This document shows, piece by piece, positions 52,851 to 64,000 of a stretch of DNA of 64,000 nucleotides. The position numbers and the translations under genes are program-made. Position 1 is the stretch's first letter. Every line of letters starts with the position of its first letter. This DNA is from Camelus dromedarius (taxonomy: Eukaryota): the NCBI RefSeq assembly GCF_036321535.1, contig NC_087437.1:48052001-48116000 (forward strand), written 5' to 3'. The notes under the pieces were generated by a model. The model worked only from the letters and a program-made list of their open reading frames with translations, ran no database searches and was not told where the DNA came from.

Positions 52851-53169
52851 CTACTGTTTTATTGTCTCTCGTTAGACCTGTGATTAGAAGTCAAGACTGG
52901 GGCCACACTCAGACTTCAGAATGCCCACTGCAGTTTATTTCCTCCGTGGATAAAAGTATATGGATTCCAAGTAGCCATACGTGGATAAGTTCCTAAAACA
53001 GGCCACACAGCTAGTGGGAAAGTGAGCACCAGGATCTGGGCACAGGCACATTCGACCCCCAAGCCCACGCCCTCTCTTCTGTACTGCGCTAGGCACCTTT
53101 AAGTGAAAAGGCCGAAGACACTGCAGCATGTGGTGACTCTGAAGTGATTCATTAGTAAAACTCCCTTTC

Positions 53170-53380
53170 TACCTCCCTCTGGACCAAGAGGCAAAAAGCC
53201 CAAGTTTAAATCCCAGCACTCCCACTTATGAGAGTGTCACTTCGGGTAAAGTTGCCTTTCTGAGCTTCTCTGTTCTCGTCTGTTAAAATGGGAATAGTGG
53301 GGCCCACTTCACAGAGCTGCGTGAAAGAACCCAGCAAAGGGAGTGAACAGTGTGGGCGTGTCATAGACATTAGTTTCCTT
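53170..53380 (+). mobile_element. MIR SINE
   Basis: tttaaatcccagcactcccactt...tctgagcttctctgttctcgtctgttaaaatggg. Confidence 0.65.
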
Positions 53381-56300
53381 TTCTTTCTTCCTTGCTCCTT
53401 TGTCTCTCATCTCTTTCTCCTCTTGAGCAAAACTGAAGATATCACTGTTTTAAAGTGCTATAAGCACTTCACTACAATTGGTGTGTATTTGTGTATACTC
53501 ATAAGGCATCCACAGACAGTAGAGGAGAAAAGGGGTTTTGTGGAATGAAAACATTTGAAAATTTTTTCAGTCTTCAAGTCCTACTGAATTCTCTCAGGTA
53601 TCCTATATTTCAGGCCATCTCAAGACCAGCCATGGTTTGGGAAGCCCACTCCATGGATACCAGAACCTGGTCGAGTACCATCTCATTCTGTGCTCTTGTG
53701 GTTTTGTAGTCTGTATATCCTGGATTGTCTTCTGTGTATACCACAGTTACCAGCACAAAGGGAGAGGTGAGGAGGAAAGTAGCAAGCCACTCTGGCAAAC
53801 TCTTTATGTCAGAGATCAAGCAGAATTCTTAAAACTCTCCAGCGAAGTAGGTCCTAATACTTCCTTTAACAATGCTGAAGGTTAAGGTCGCAAGGTGGGA
53901 TTTAATCTTGGTTTGTTGAACTCTGAAGCTGAAGACATTCCCACTGCGACAGCAAGCTGCCTCCCTCTAGGTGCTTGATAAGCAAGAGCTAAACTAAGAT
54001 AGTCTTTAGGCTCATGAAAACCTTTCCCAGCTAGAGCTATTCCTTATTAGGGGATAAGTCTGCTCTGGTGAACACCTCTGAGGGTCCTTCACAGGCACCC
54101 TTGAGTCACACTTGATGGAACTCAGGCTCCACGCTACGTGTAGAAATTGCAGGGTCAGAATTGAGGGGAATGTTTATTTCCTTTTGAGTAATTTGTCTGC
54201 AAATAGGACAGGCTGCTACTGGGTGAGTAGTTCATGGTCGGGACGTTCGGGCGTCACATTTCTGTGATGAATGGGAAGACAAGCTTAGGAAGACAAGCAA
54301 GCAAGCTTAGCTTCCACTCAGCTCTATCTTTGAAATAAAAAAAAAAAATCAAACAGCAAATACTTCCTTAAAATAGTTGAGTGTAACTTCTTAAAAATAA
54401 TTAAATGTTAGAAATGCTTGCCTTTCTTAGCTTTAGAGAGACACCTGACAAAAAGTCCCTCAGAAAAAGGAATAAAGAACTGTCCCTCTAGCGTTCCTGC
54501 TCCCAAATTCATTCTCCGGAGGCAAAATATACTGAATAGGAAAGATGGAGCCCCTCTCCCTTCTCAACCTCCTTTGGACTTGGTCAGGTTGGGTCTTTAA
54601 TAAAATGAAATTTGTGTTTGAAAATCTATTCTCTTAGCTTTAACCTGAACCAACAATTTTTCAGAAGCTAAGTTTAAGTCAGAAGAATTTAAACAACATG
54701 TATCATGGTTTTAGGTCGGAAAAGAGAAAGGCATTGACGGAGAACCTGTTATGTGAGAGGCATATGATACATGTTTGATCTAATTTAATTCTCAAAAAAT
54801 CTTTCAAAAGTAAGGTATTATTCTGCCCAAGTTTAATAAAAAGAGACAGGCATAAAGGGATTTGGTAATTTGCCCAAATCATTCAGAGAGTATGTATCTA
54901 TTTTCTAGAATCCCTTTTAAATTTTCATGTCTTCACAAACTATGTTCCATGAGTATAAATAGGAATTACATCAGCTTTGTTCACTATGAAATCCCCATCA
55001 ACTCAGAGAGTTCTTTGCACTTAATAGGTGCTCAGAAAGTATTCTGGAATGAACTTCCACCTGGCTTCATAAATGGATATAAGTTAGCTTTCAAAATTAA
55101 TAGAGAAAGAAAATATAATATACATGTATAGAATCAAGGTAGCATACTAGTCAAAAGTCAGTCTAGAACAAAAATGGATACCATGAGTTTCATTTTCCTA
55201 AGCTACTTATTACTAACTAGGAACACTGAACCTAATCAGTTATACAATTTCCAGTTTCTTTAAGACAGGAAACAAACCAATTACTCTGGATGTACAGCTC
55301 CCTACAAAGAAATCACTTCCCTCCTAGAGAATTCTACCCTAGGAGAGGGTACTAGATAATATAACGAATAATGTCCTAAAAATATCTTTAAGGGAGGCAT
55401 GATAATGAACACATTCTATTAGGCTGTTTCTTACTGTGTCTTTCCACCCTGGCCAGTAGCATCACACTGGAGCCTAACCCAACACACATTATCATGTCCA
55501 TTGCATATGAGCTTAAGAAACTAGCAGAACAAAGGCTTTTACTTATGGTCTCGGTATGCACAGGTGGTTCTCATCTCTCTAATGCTGGCAACTCGTATTT
55601 GAACTCAATTACAAATGTATATTGCTCAATTATTTGCTTGGAGTCCACCTAAAGTTTTTAATATCTATGCCCTCAATCTTTATGATTATACTCCCAGGAC
55701 TTTGAAACCCGCCAAGTATCATACAAGCACAATGGGAGTGAAGAGAGACATATGTGATCTAAGAATCTGAGAGGGCTGACTCAGTCAGCATCCTCTCCCT
55801 CAGTGTTCAAGGGTGGGGATAGCTACTGTGTCATCTGGAGCGTGACACTGAGCACAGTCACTGGTTCTTCCCTAGATAGCTTGCAACCATCTGGGCTTCT
55901 CACATCCATTCACATTCAGGCACATTCCCTACTACTCCAACTCCTACATCTTTTGGCAGGAAATACCCACACAGCTGGATTGGATGCATAGGATGCTTTT
56001 ATTTTTTGCCTCATTGAACTGTAGCTTTCCTCAAGCAATGTGTGTTTTCTTTATATGCCAGCCCAGAAGTCATTTAACAGGAAGAAGGCATCTCAGAGAA
56101 GCACTTCAGGAAAAGCCTTAGCAATGACAACAACAGCATGTTGCTTCTGATTTATGGAGCGTTCACACAAGTCTTCCTCCTCTACTCCCTGTAACACACA
56201 AGTGTTTATTGCATATTCTGTACAAAGTTCTCTCTGGAGCTAGTGAGGCAGGTTTGTAACTGCTGTGACTGTGATTTGTTGCCTGTAAGACTATGGGTTA

Positions 56301-56952
56301 GAGAGCCATAAGTCAGCCAGTCAACAAACATTACCAGGCCCTGTACCAGGCTGAGGAGATAGTGGTAAACAAGACAGACAGATGCGATCCTTCCAATTTG
56401 GAAGCAGTGAGAGATATCACACAATTATTTTCAAGTGTGATAAATGCCATCAAGGAGAAGCACAGGGTGCTACGGGAAGAGACAACAGCAAATGTTAAGA
56501 CAGAGACCTTTTCCCTTATTTAGACGTGCCAGGGAAATACCTCCTCCTCTTGACTGTCCAGTGCTGCCCTTAGAATTCGAGAGCTTTCCTGCTTTGCCTG
56601 CTCATATCCTACCTCTGTCTGAAGGACAAAATAGTCAGTGCAATAGTGATCAGAATGCTACTCAACTAATTTAAAAATCTTCATTCTTCATGAAGGAAGA
56701 TCAACTCTGCCCTTTCTGGAAAAGAATTCCGTATTCATTTCATAGGTAAGTTTAATTAGAAACTTTAATATATTAGTTATTTGCTTTAAATTCTCTGTGA
56801 ATCAGTATGTTCAAAGACTTCAAGTGAATTCTTGATTATTCCAGTAAAGGGAAAATATCCAGTAAAGGGATAAATATTTATCCAGCGACATGGGGTTCAA
56901 GCTCCTCCACAGAACACTGGGAAGGCTCTCCCTATAGGAGGGTAGCAGATGG

Positions 56953-57137
56953 CAGTGGTTCTTCAATGTGGCACCTGTATCCACTGTATCAACATCACCT
57001 GGGAACTTGTTAGAAATGCAAATTCTTGGACCGACTCTCAACCTCCTGAATCAGAAACTCTAGGGGTGGAGCCATCCGGCTGTGTTTTAACAAGCCCTCC
57101 AGGGATTCTGGTGTGAGCTTTAGTTTGAAAACCAGTG
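56953..57137. mobile_element. MER5A-like hAT-Charlie element at the head of a MIR
   Basis: cagtggttcttca...catcacctgggaacttgttagaaatgcaaattct...tttgaaaaccagtg with terminal inverted repeats. Confidence 0.87.
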
Positions 57138-57375
57138 GCATAGTGGTTAGGATCATGGGTTTGGAATCAGACAGAACTGGATTCAACTCCCAGCTCTACC
57201 ACTTAGTAGCTGTGGGACAATAGGTAACAGCCTCTTTAAGCCTCCGTTTTCTTTCTCTGGACAATGGGCACGGTAGTAACGGTGTCTAACTTGTAAGTCT
57301 GATGTAAGGATTAAAAGAAGCAATGCTTGTAAAGTAGGTAAGATAGTAAGTATTTAAAGAGTGTTGGCTGTTATA
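57138..57375 (+). mobile_element. MIR SINE
   Basis: gcatagtggttagg...tggaatcagacagaactggattcaactcccagctctaccacttagtagctgtg...gtaaggattaaa. Confidence 0.78.
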
Positions 57376-58577
57376 TTAAATGAAGTTTTAGCTATTTTTC
57401 ATCTATGTGACTGGACTTATGGGGTTAGTGACCTTGTTTACTTGTAAGACAAAGTGGGGCTATATTTATTTCTAATAAGGTGACATCCTGTTCAAGTAGA
57501 CAGTGACATCAAAACTATCATCAGAGCCATCAATGTATTTCAAAGACATAGAAAAACTCCCAAACTAAGATTGATAATCAAGAGATATCCTTTGAACACC
57601 ACATTGGGAGCACTGGGTACAGAAGCCTCTCTCAGACTAGGAGGTTTTCACAAGCTTTATTTTATCTCAGGTAGGTCTGACCCAACACTATCAGAGAGAC
57701 CTCTGCCTGGGGCTCTGCGGTGAAGTCTTCCTTGTTGCCTTGGCAGCTAGGCTGATGTCTGTCTCTTTAGAACTCTTTCTCTGAACCTCTCCTAAGGCAC
57801 TGATCATTTCTGCCGTGTATGACAGTTAATTGTGAGCATGCTATTACTTCCCAATTAGGTGTTAACTTCTTGAGACAGGGCCCAAATCTGAGTCATCCTC
57901 ATACCGAGCTCAATCTCGGCATCTACCATCACACCTAGCCCCCGGGATGGATCAATGTCTTTGGAATGAAAAAATGAGTGAATGAAGGAGTGAATTAAGT
58001 TTTCAAGCCTAAGTACAAAAACTGAAATAATGTATTCCCAGTACAGTAAAGAGGCAATCACTGTAAGAAGAGAACAAGCTATTTCACCCCAAAGTGATAT
58101 TTGATCCTTATCATTACCTAGGAAAAAAACGGAAGCAAGTGGATATTACCTCCTAGACCCAGCTGGCAAATGCATATCCTGTTCTTATTAAGTACTTGTG
58201 ATTTCAGACCAGTGATTCAATCTCTTAGGACCATGGAAATATCCCCACCTGCAGAGAGTATGGTATTTCCTTGCCACCTTATACATTAAATATATAAAGA
58301 GGATCAATAAAACATTAGATTAATCTTTGTATTTTCAGATATACTGCAGTACATTGTACATAGGAGGTGCTCAATCAATATTTACTGAATAAATGAATGA
58401 AAGAAAAAGGGCTGTAAAGCACTGAACTTGGCAGAATAATAAAAAAGCAATCAAGTGAATACAATAAGATGATGTGTTTATCATCTTGGAAGCCAGACAT
58501 TCTGGCTCTTTCTTAACTCAGGTTGGAAGGCTCTATGCAAAATCTGAGAAATCAGGATTGGAAAGTGCAGTACAGGG

Positions 58578-59655
58578 AAGAGTTCAACCTATGGACTGGG
58601 AGAAAATATTTGCAAAAGATGAGACTGACAAGGGCTTGATTTCCAGAATATATAAACAGCTCATACAACTTAATAACAAAAAAAACCCAAACAACCCAAT
58701 CCAAAAATGGGCAGAAGACCTAAACAAACAATTCTCCAAAGAAGACATACAAATGGCCAATAGGCACACAAAACAATGCTCAATATCACTAATTATCAGA
58801 GAAATGCAAATCAAAACTACAATGAGGTATCACCTCACACCAGTCAGAATGGCCATCATTCAAAAGTCCACAAACGATAAATGCTGGAGAAGGTGTGGAG
58901 AAAAGGGAACCCTCCTGCACTGTTGGTGGGAATGCAGTTTAGTGCAGCCATTATGGAAAACAATATGAGATGCCTCAAAAAATTAAAAATAGACTTACCA
59001 TATGATCCAGCAATCCCACTCCTGGGCATATATCCAGAAGGAACCTTAATTCAAAAAGATACCTATACCCCAATGTTCATAGCAGCACTATTTACAATAG
59101 CCAAGACATGGAAACAACCTAAATGTCCATCAACAGGTGACTGGGTAGAGAAGCTATGGTATAGTTATACAATGGAATACTACTCAGCCACAAAAAAGAA
59201 TAAAATAATGCCATTTGCAGCAACATGGATGGACCTGGAGAATGTCATTCTAAGTGAAGTAAGCCAGAAAGAGGAAGAAAAATACCATATGATGTCACTT
59301 ATGTGTGGAATCTAAAAAAAAAAGACAAACTTATTTACGAAACAGAAACAGATTCAGACATAGAAAACAAACATATGGTTACCAGGAGGGGAAGGAAGTG
59401 AGAAGGGATAAATTGGGAGTTCGAGATTTGCAGATACTAACTAATATATATAAAATAGATAAACAACAAGGTCCTACTCTGTAGCACAGGAAACTAGTAT
59501 TCAATATCTTATAGAAACTTATGGTGAAAATGAATATGAAAGTGAATATACACATGTTCATGTGTGACTGAAGCATTGTGCTGTACACCAGAAATTGACA
59601 CAACACTGTATACTGACTATACTTCAATAAAAAATACATATACAAAAATAAGTAA
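58578..59655 (+). mobile_element. LINE-1, 5'-truncated (~1.07 kb): ORF2 C-terminus, 3'UTR and A-rich tail
   Basis: ORF-track 58474..58968 and 58881..59315 translate to L1 ORF2 C-terminal sequence (WEKIFA..., zinc knuckle [32 protein letters not shown]), broken by a frameshift near 58967. The 3' end reads ...ctatacttcaataaaaaa. Antisense to PEX5L. Confidence 0.97.
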
Positions 59656-59789
59656 ATAATGAAACTCCTCTTCCCCTTTCCCACGGGGGACACTCAGGGG
59701 CCACAGGAAGTGTATTGCTTTAATAAAAACCTTTTATTGGCAGCAGTGTGTTTTCAATAATAGTGCTGGTCATTCTTTCAACTCTGCCT

Positions 59790-60270
59790 AGTGTTATTAT
59801 TTTTTTAATTTAATTTTTTGAATAGTTGTTATATGGTCCCAAAATTAAAAAAAAAATGAAAGAAGATATCTAGTGGAAAATCTTCCTCACACCCCCCTCC
59901 CCCATTGCCCTAACTCATCCACCCTAGTGCCCCATCCACTGTGATGAGTTTCTTCTGTATTCTTCCCGAGTTTCTTTATGCTTATACAAGCAAACACAGA
60001 TACTATACATATTTTTATTTTCCCACCCTTTTAATGACAAGAGGTAACATATTATACCAGTTATTCTGTACCTTGCTTTAGCCACTTAATACACCTTAAA
60101 GGTTTTTCTGTATCAGTACATAATTTCTTCATTTTGATTATATTATATTAGCACACTATTCAGTTGTAAGGGTATAACTTTATTTCTCTAGTATCTTATT
60201 AGTGACTAGATTATTTTCTATTTTTTATCATTATAATCATTGCTGTAATAAATAACCTTGAACATGGTGC
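59790..60270 (-). mobile_element. Old L1M (L1MC/ME-like) 3'UTR fragment
   Basis: tttcttctgtattcttcccgagtttctttatgc...ttctgtaccttgcttt...ttgctgtaataaataaccttg. Confidence 0.6.
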
Positions 60271-60608
60271 TACATATTTTCAAGGAGCAATATTAACTCA
60301 CTGTTGCTAAATTTTGGAAAATTATCTTGCTTTTAGGTCAGACAGAAGCAAACAAAAAAATCTATACCAATACTCCTTATACGAGTGTTAATGTTTCAAT
60401 TACTTGATTTTATTATTCTATCTAACTCTGGTTAATCTTCTCTTATATAAAAGTTAAACTGTAGCACAAAATATTAGCACAAATAAAGTTATAGAAAATT
60501 ATTATAGAAATGTCAGCATAATGAGTTTTCTGATGGAGTCTATTGAAAATTATTTTCTCTTTGTGGTCTATACTATGTGTCGTTTGCTCCACACACAGCT
60601 TTACTCTT

Positions 60609-60804
60609 CTTTTTTTTAACTGAAGTATACCCAATTTACAATGGTGAGTCAATTTCTGGTGTACAGCACATTGCTTCAGTCATACATGGATATACATATA
60701 TTTGTTTTCATATTCTTTTCACCATAAACTACTACCAGATATTGAATATAGTTCCCTGCACTGTACAGTATGACTTGTTTATCTCTTTATATATACCAGT
60801 CAGT
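60609..60804 (-). mobile_element. LINE-1 3'-end fragment (196 nt) with perfect 14-bp TSD
   Basis: TSD ACAGCTTTACTCTT at 60595-60608 and 60805-60818. Poly-T start; the body is the reverse complement of the L1 3'UTR at 59440-59630. Confidence 0.93.
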
Positions 60805-60818
60805 ACAGCTTTACTCTT

Positions 60819-61640
60819 GATTTCAAACCAAACTCCACCCTCCATATGTTCTTCTCAAGTCTTCTAACATCCCTGTTTTGGGCACTAGCAGTCCCTCAGT
60901 CGCTCAGATCAAAAATCTGCACCTAGTCATCTCTTTCTCTCACCTCCAGCATCCAATCTACCAGCAAGTTTTGTCAGCTCTGCCTTCAGAATGAATCTTG
61001 AATCTGACCACCTCTCAACAGCACCACTGCTGCCATCCTGCTCTCCTTGTTCACCCGGACTGAGGAACCAGCATCCCCGCTGGTGTTCTGCTTCCACCTG
61101 TCACCTGTCCCTGTCCCGGCCCCCCAGTATTCTCCTTAGCAATCAGAGAGGTCTTTTGGAAAGGCAGATCAGATCGTGTCACTGGACTCTCCCCCAGCAA
61201 ATCACAACTGGCCCCCCTCTTAACTTCCCAACATTGAAAACCTCTCCTGCTCTTTCCCCGTGCCCCAGTCACACTTCCTGCTCCTGGGACAGACTGGACT
61301 CATTGCTACCCCAAGGCTTTGCAGCTGCTGTCTCCTTTGCCCACCACCAGACCCTTGTGGCTGCTTTTCACATTTAGGTCTCAACTCAAGTGTCACCTCC
61401 TTCAAGTGGCCCTCTGATCACTGTATCAAAATAGAACCTCCATCACTCTCTAGCCCTTTACCTTGTGCTTCTTATCACCAGTTATGGTTATTTTTCTAAG
61501 TGTTTGCTGTTGTCTCTACCATGAGGCTGAGATTCAGCAGAGCTTGGATTTTCTCATTTGTTGCTGCATCTATAGCACTTCGAGTAGTGCCTGGCTCATG
61601 GTAGGTGTTCGATAAACATCTGTGGAATGAATAGATAGAT
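60819..61640 (+). mobile_element. L2 LINE 3' region
   Basis: catccaatctaccagcaagttttgtcagctctgccttcag...gtgcctggctcatggtaggtgttcgataaacatctgtggaatgaat. Confidence 0.8.
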
Positions 61641-61949
61641 TATAAAATAAAATCTTGTTTGTGCAAATTTTTGGATAGTTTTGGAAATGACAGAGTAGTG
61701 AAAACTAGACTTCAACTGACGAAATGCTTTCAACCAAACCAGCTTTCATAACGTCTGTGTAATGTCCCATTTTAGAATGTGTCATAAAAAGCAGTGGTGT
61801 GGAAGTTGACAGATCTTAAATAGATTTAAATATATATGTATATGTATCTTTAGAAATTTTGGACAAACTGCTTAAACTCTCTGTAGATCATTTTTTTTCA
61901 TGTGTAAAATGTGGATTTGAATGGTATGAATTCAAGTTATACTTTAATT

Positions 61950-62400
61950 ATCTGTTAATTGAACAAGTGTTTATTGAACATCTACTATGTCCCAGGCATT
62001 GTGCTGGGCATTTGGCATCCTTGGTGAGCAAGGCTAATGGCAGCTCTCCATTAGTGGAGTTTACAGCTTAGGTAGGGAAGTCACATTTTTCCAAATAGTG
62101 AAAAGTGTGATGAGGAGTTGCATGTGGTGCAATGACAGCTCAGAACCGGGACCCTACCAAGTCTAGGATGTCAGGATAGACAGAGACATGTGACTTGAGA
62201 TCTAAAGGGTGGTTCTAGTTAATTAGGCACAGAGAGGTTGGAGAAACTTGTGGGCAGAGGGGACATCCCTGCCAGGGCTAGGAGCATAGCACATTCTGAG
62301 AAGGGGAAACAGACCAAGGTGGCTGCCTGCAGAGTGACAGCGAGAGGCAGGCAGGGGCTACACGGTGTTACTCAGTGTGCTGTGTGGGCCTGTGAACTCG
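61950..62400 (-). mobile_element. L2 LINE 3' region
   Basis: tttattgaacatctactatgtcccaggcattgtgctggg... is the reverse complement of an L2 tail. Confidence 0.75.
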
Positions 62401-63834
62401 CTGGTATCATGCTGCGATGAGACAGGTATAGAAATGGAAAGTACGCATTCAGAAATTTTTATAGCAATTTCACAAAGTAATTTTATGTTTGTTCAATCTG
62501 ATAATAAAAATGTGGGGCTTGCATTTTGCATGTCTTTTTTGTTTTCCTTTCATTTATCTGAGAATTTAATCTTTATCATATTCATAAAAGGATCAATTCA
62601 CAGCAGTTAGATGTTAAAAAGCAAAAGTGGCCCTTTAGTAAAGATAGTTTGTGCAGCTGTGGGCTGTACCTTGTAAGCCAAGTTAAAGGTTTTGGTTTTC
62701 ATCTTGTGAGAAACAGACATACAGCACAGCAAATGCTTATGGAGCTGGCATACTACATAATGGTCTGGCTGTGAAGCTAAAGTTTCAGCCAACAATTTCC
62801 TTTACTTCATTAATAGCTGAGTAAAACCACCCTACATGCATGTACAGGAAACTACTAGTAGATTGTGAGCCCTTGGATGGGATTTATCTGTTCCTGGGTC
62901 TCCAGAGCCTTCCTAATTCCAGGGAGAAGTTCAGAATAATATTGCTGAATTCAATTATAACTATAATTCAGAATAGTCACTCTCAAAGTTTTCAGCCTGT
63001 GACCCAGCTAGGAGCCTGTACCAGTCCCTTTTAGACCCCTGGTTTGTTCAAGGCTCACTATTCTAGGAGGGAGAAGGGCCACCAGACACTGGGGAACGAG
63101 GCAGGGTTACAGCCAGATGGGGACACACACACTTCCCATCCCAGGCTCCAGAAACGGTGCAGAGTGGCCTTCAGAAACAGTTAAAGACAAGTGGTGAGTG
63201 GGGAATGGGTGCCTTTGAAACAGTTACATATCTGAGTCACAATCTCAACTTTCCAGCTGATTCTTGCTTGAATTTTAAGCACTTCCTTCATTTCCCACAA
63301 GTAACCATCAGTTACTGCCAGCAGCACATAGTTCTTTCTGTGTCAGATCTAAAGCTCAGAGATTCTTAGAAAAACCCAGCCGCCCCTTTTGATGTTACAG
63401 AGGAGAATTGAGGGTGAAGGCCTGGAGTTGGCTTAACACTTACTCGGTTTTATCACACAGAGAACAAAAGCACCAGAGCATAAACCCCAGTTTTGTTGAA
63501 GGTAATTAAATGCAAACACACACCAGCAAAATTACCAAGACCCAGCCTCGAGGCCCCTTTATTCTATTACCTTTCACTACATCCTCTTTAGCCTGATAAC
63601 TGCAATCTGGAAGCAGTTGTCCCTGTCATTAATGCGAGTTATTGAGAGTCCAACTGTAATTCTATCCTTCTTTTCTGACTCAAAGTTATATCCCAAAGGG
63701 AAATATGTCATGCCAGTCGGGCTCACATAAGAATGACTTATCCTATCAAGTCCTAATAGTCTTATAATGGAGAAAAGCAGTGGCAAGGATTACTTGAAAC
63801 AAGGGATAATCCTAAGTGACATGTTTAGAAATCC

Positions 63835-63837
<3 letters not shown>

Positions 63838-63865
<28 letters not shown>
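63838..63865. repeat. Poly-T tract (28 nt)
   Basis: Direct inspection. Confidence 0.9.
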
Positions 63866-64000
63866 GAATAGCTCTAGCCTCCTAAAAGCAGTTAAAATCA
63901 GGTTGCTGCCCTGGCTGACAGCAGGGGGCAGCAGATCAGAGTCGGCTCCAGCTCTGTGAACGTGGTTTCAAGGATGGAAAATTTGCTGCAGAAAAATCCT

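Noticed and set aside
58474..59315. 164-aa and 144-aa ORFs as a host gene
   Set aside because: They are frameshifted pieces of L1 ORF2 in a 5'-truncated element lacking the endonuclease and RT domains.
58570..59680. TSD or inversion around the large L1
   Set aside because: No direct repeat found. A weak inverted similarity (gggaagagtt versus aactcctcttccc) is too short to interpret.
61575..62015. Tail-to-tail L2 pair as a miR-28/miR-151-like hairpin
   Set aside because: The arms are complementary over about 50 nt but are separated by about 310 nt, far too long a loop for a pre-miRNA.
1..64000. A novel multi-gene or prokaryote-type system (operon, CRISPR array, defence island)
   Set aside because: The sequence is mammalian intron with spliced exons of one known gene. 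There is no repeat-spacer array and no long non-transposon ORF.
38455..64000. PEX5L exon 2 (KSKEKGYGKL...) or exons 1a/1b
   Set aside because: I could not find these peptides on the minus strand by eye. They are presumed to lie beyond 64000; a tblastn search would settle it.

Overview
Mammalian, AT-rich and mostly intronic DNA. Two Vic-1-type tRNA-derived SINEs point to a camelid (alpaca, llama or camel). The whole window appears to lie inside PEX5L (TRIP8b, the HCN-channel auxiliary subunit) on the minus strand. Six exons were spliced by hand at GT-AG junctions into one open 729-nt / 243-aa frame: exons 4-9 in rodent TRIP8b numbering, at 36086-35982, 26622-26511, 18714-18520, 15527-15404, 13950-13854 and 4828-4733. 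A 66-nt in-frame cassette exon 3 lies at 38454-38389. Exons 1a/1b/2 and the TPR-domain exons were not found and are presumed outside the window. The remainder is intron containing L1, L2, MIR, MLT1 LTRs, hAT DNA transposons, camelid SINEs and a 35-nt tailless U2 snRNA retrocopy with a target-site duplication (TSD). Almost all ORFs in the supplied track are spurious. I see no evidence for a novel multi-gene system. The most interesting signals are the splice and regulatory architecture around exon 3, the U2 retrocopy, a 29-nt micro-L1 insertion, sense-strand retro-insertions next to exon 7 and an inverted L1 pair. Repeat family names and protein identity come from recall of consensus sequences, not from a database search, and most repeat boundaries are approximate.
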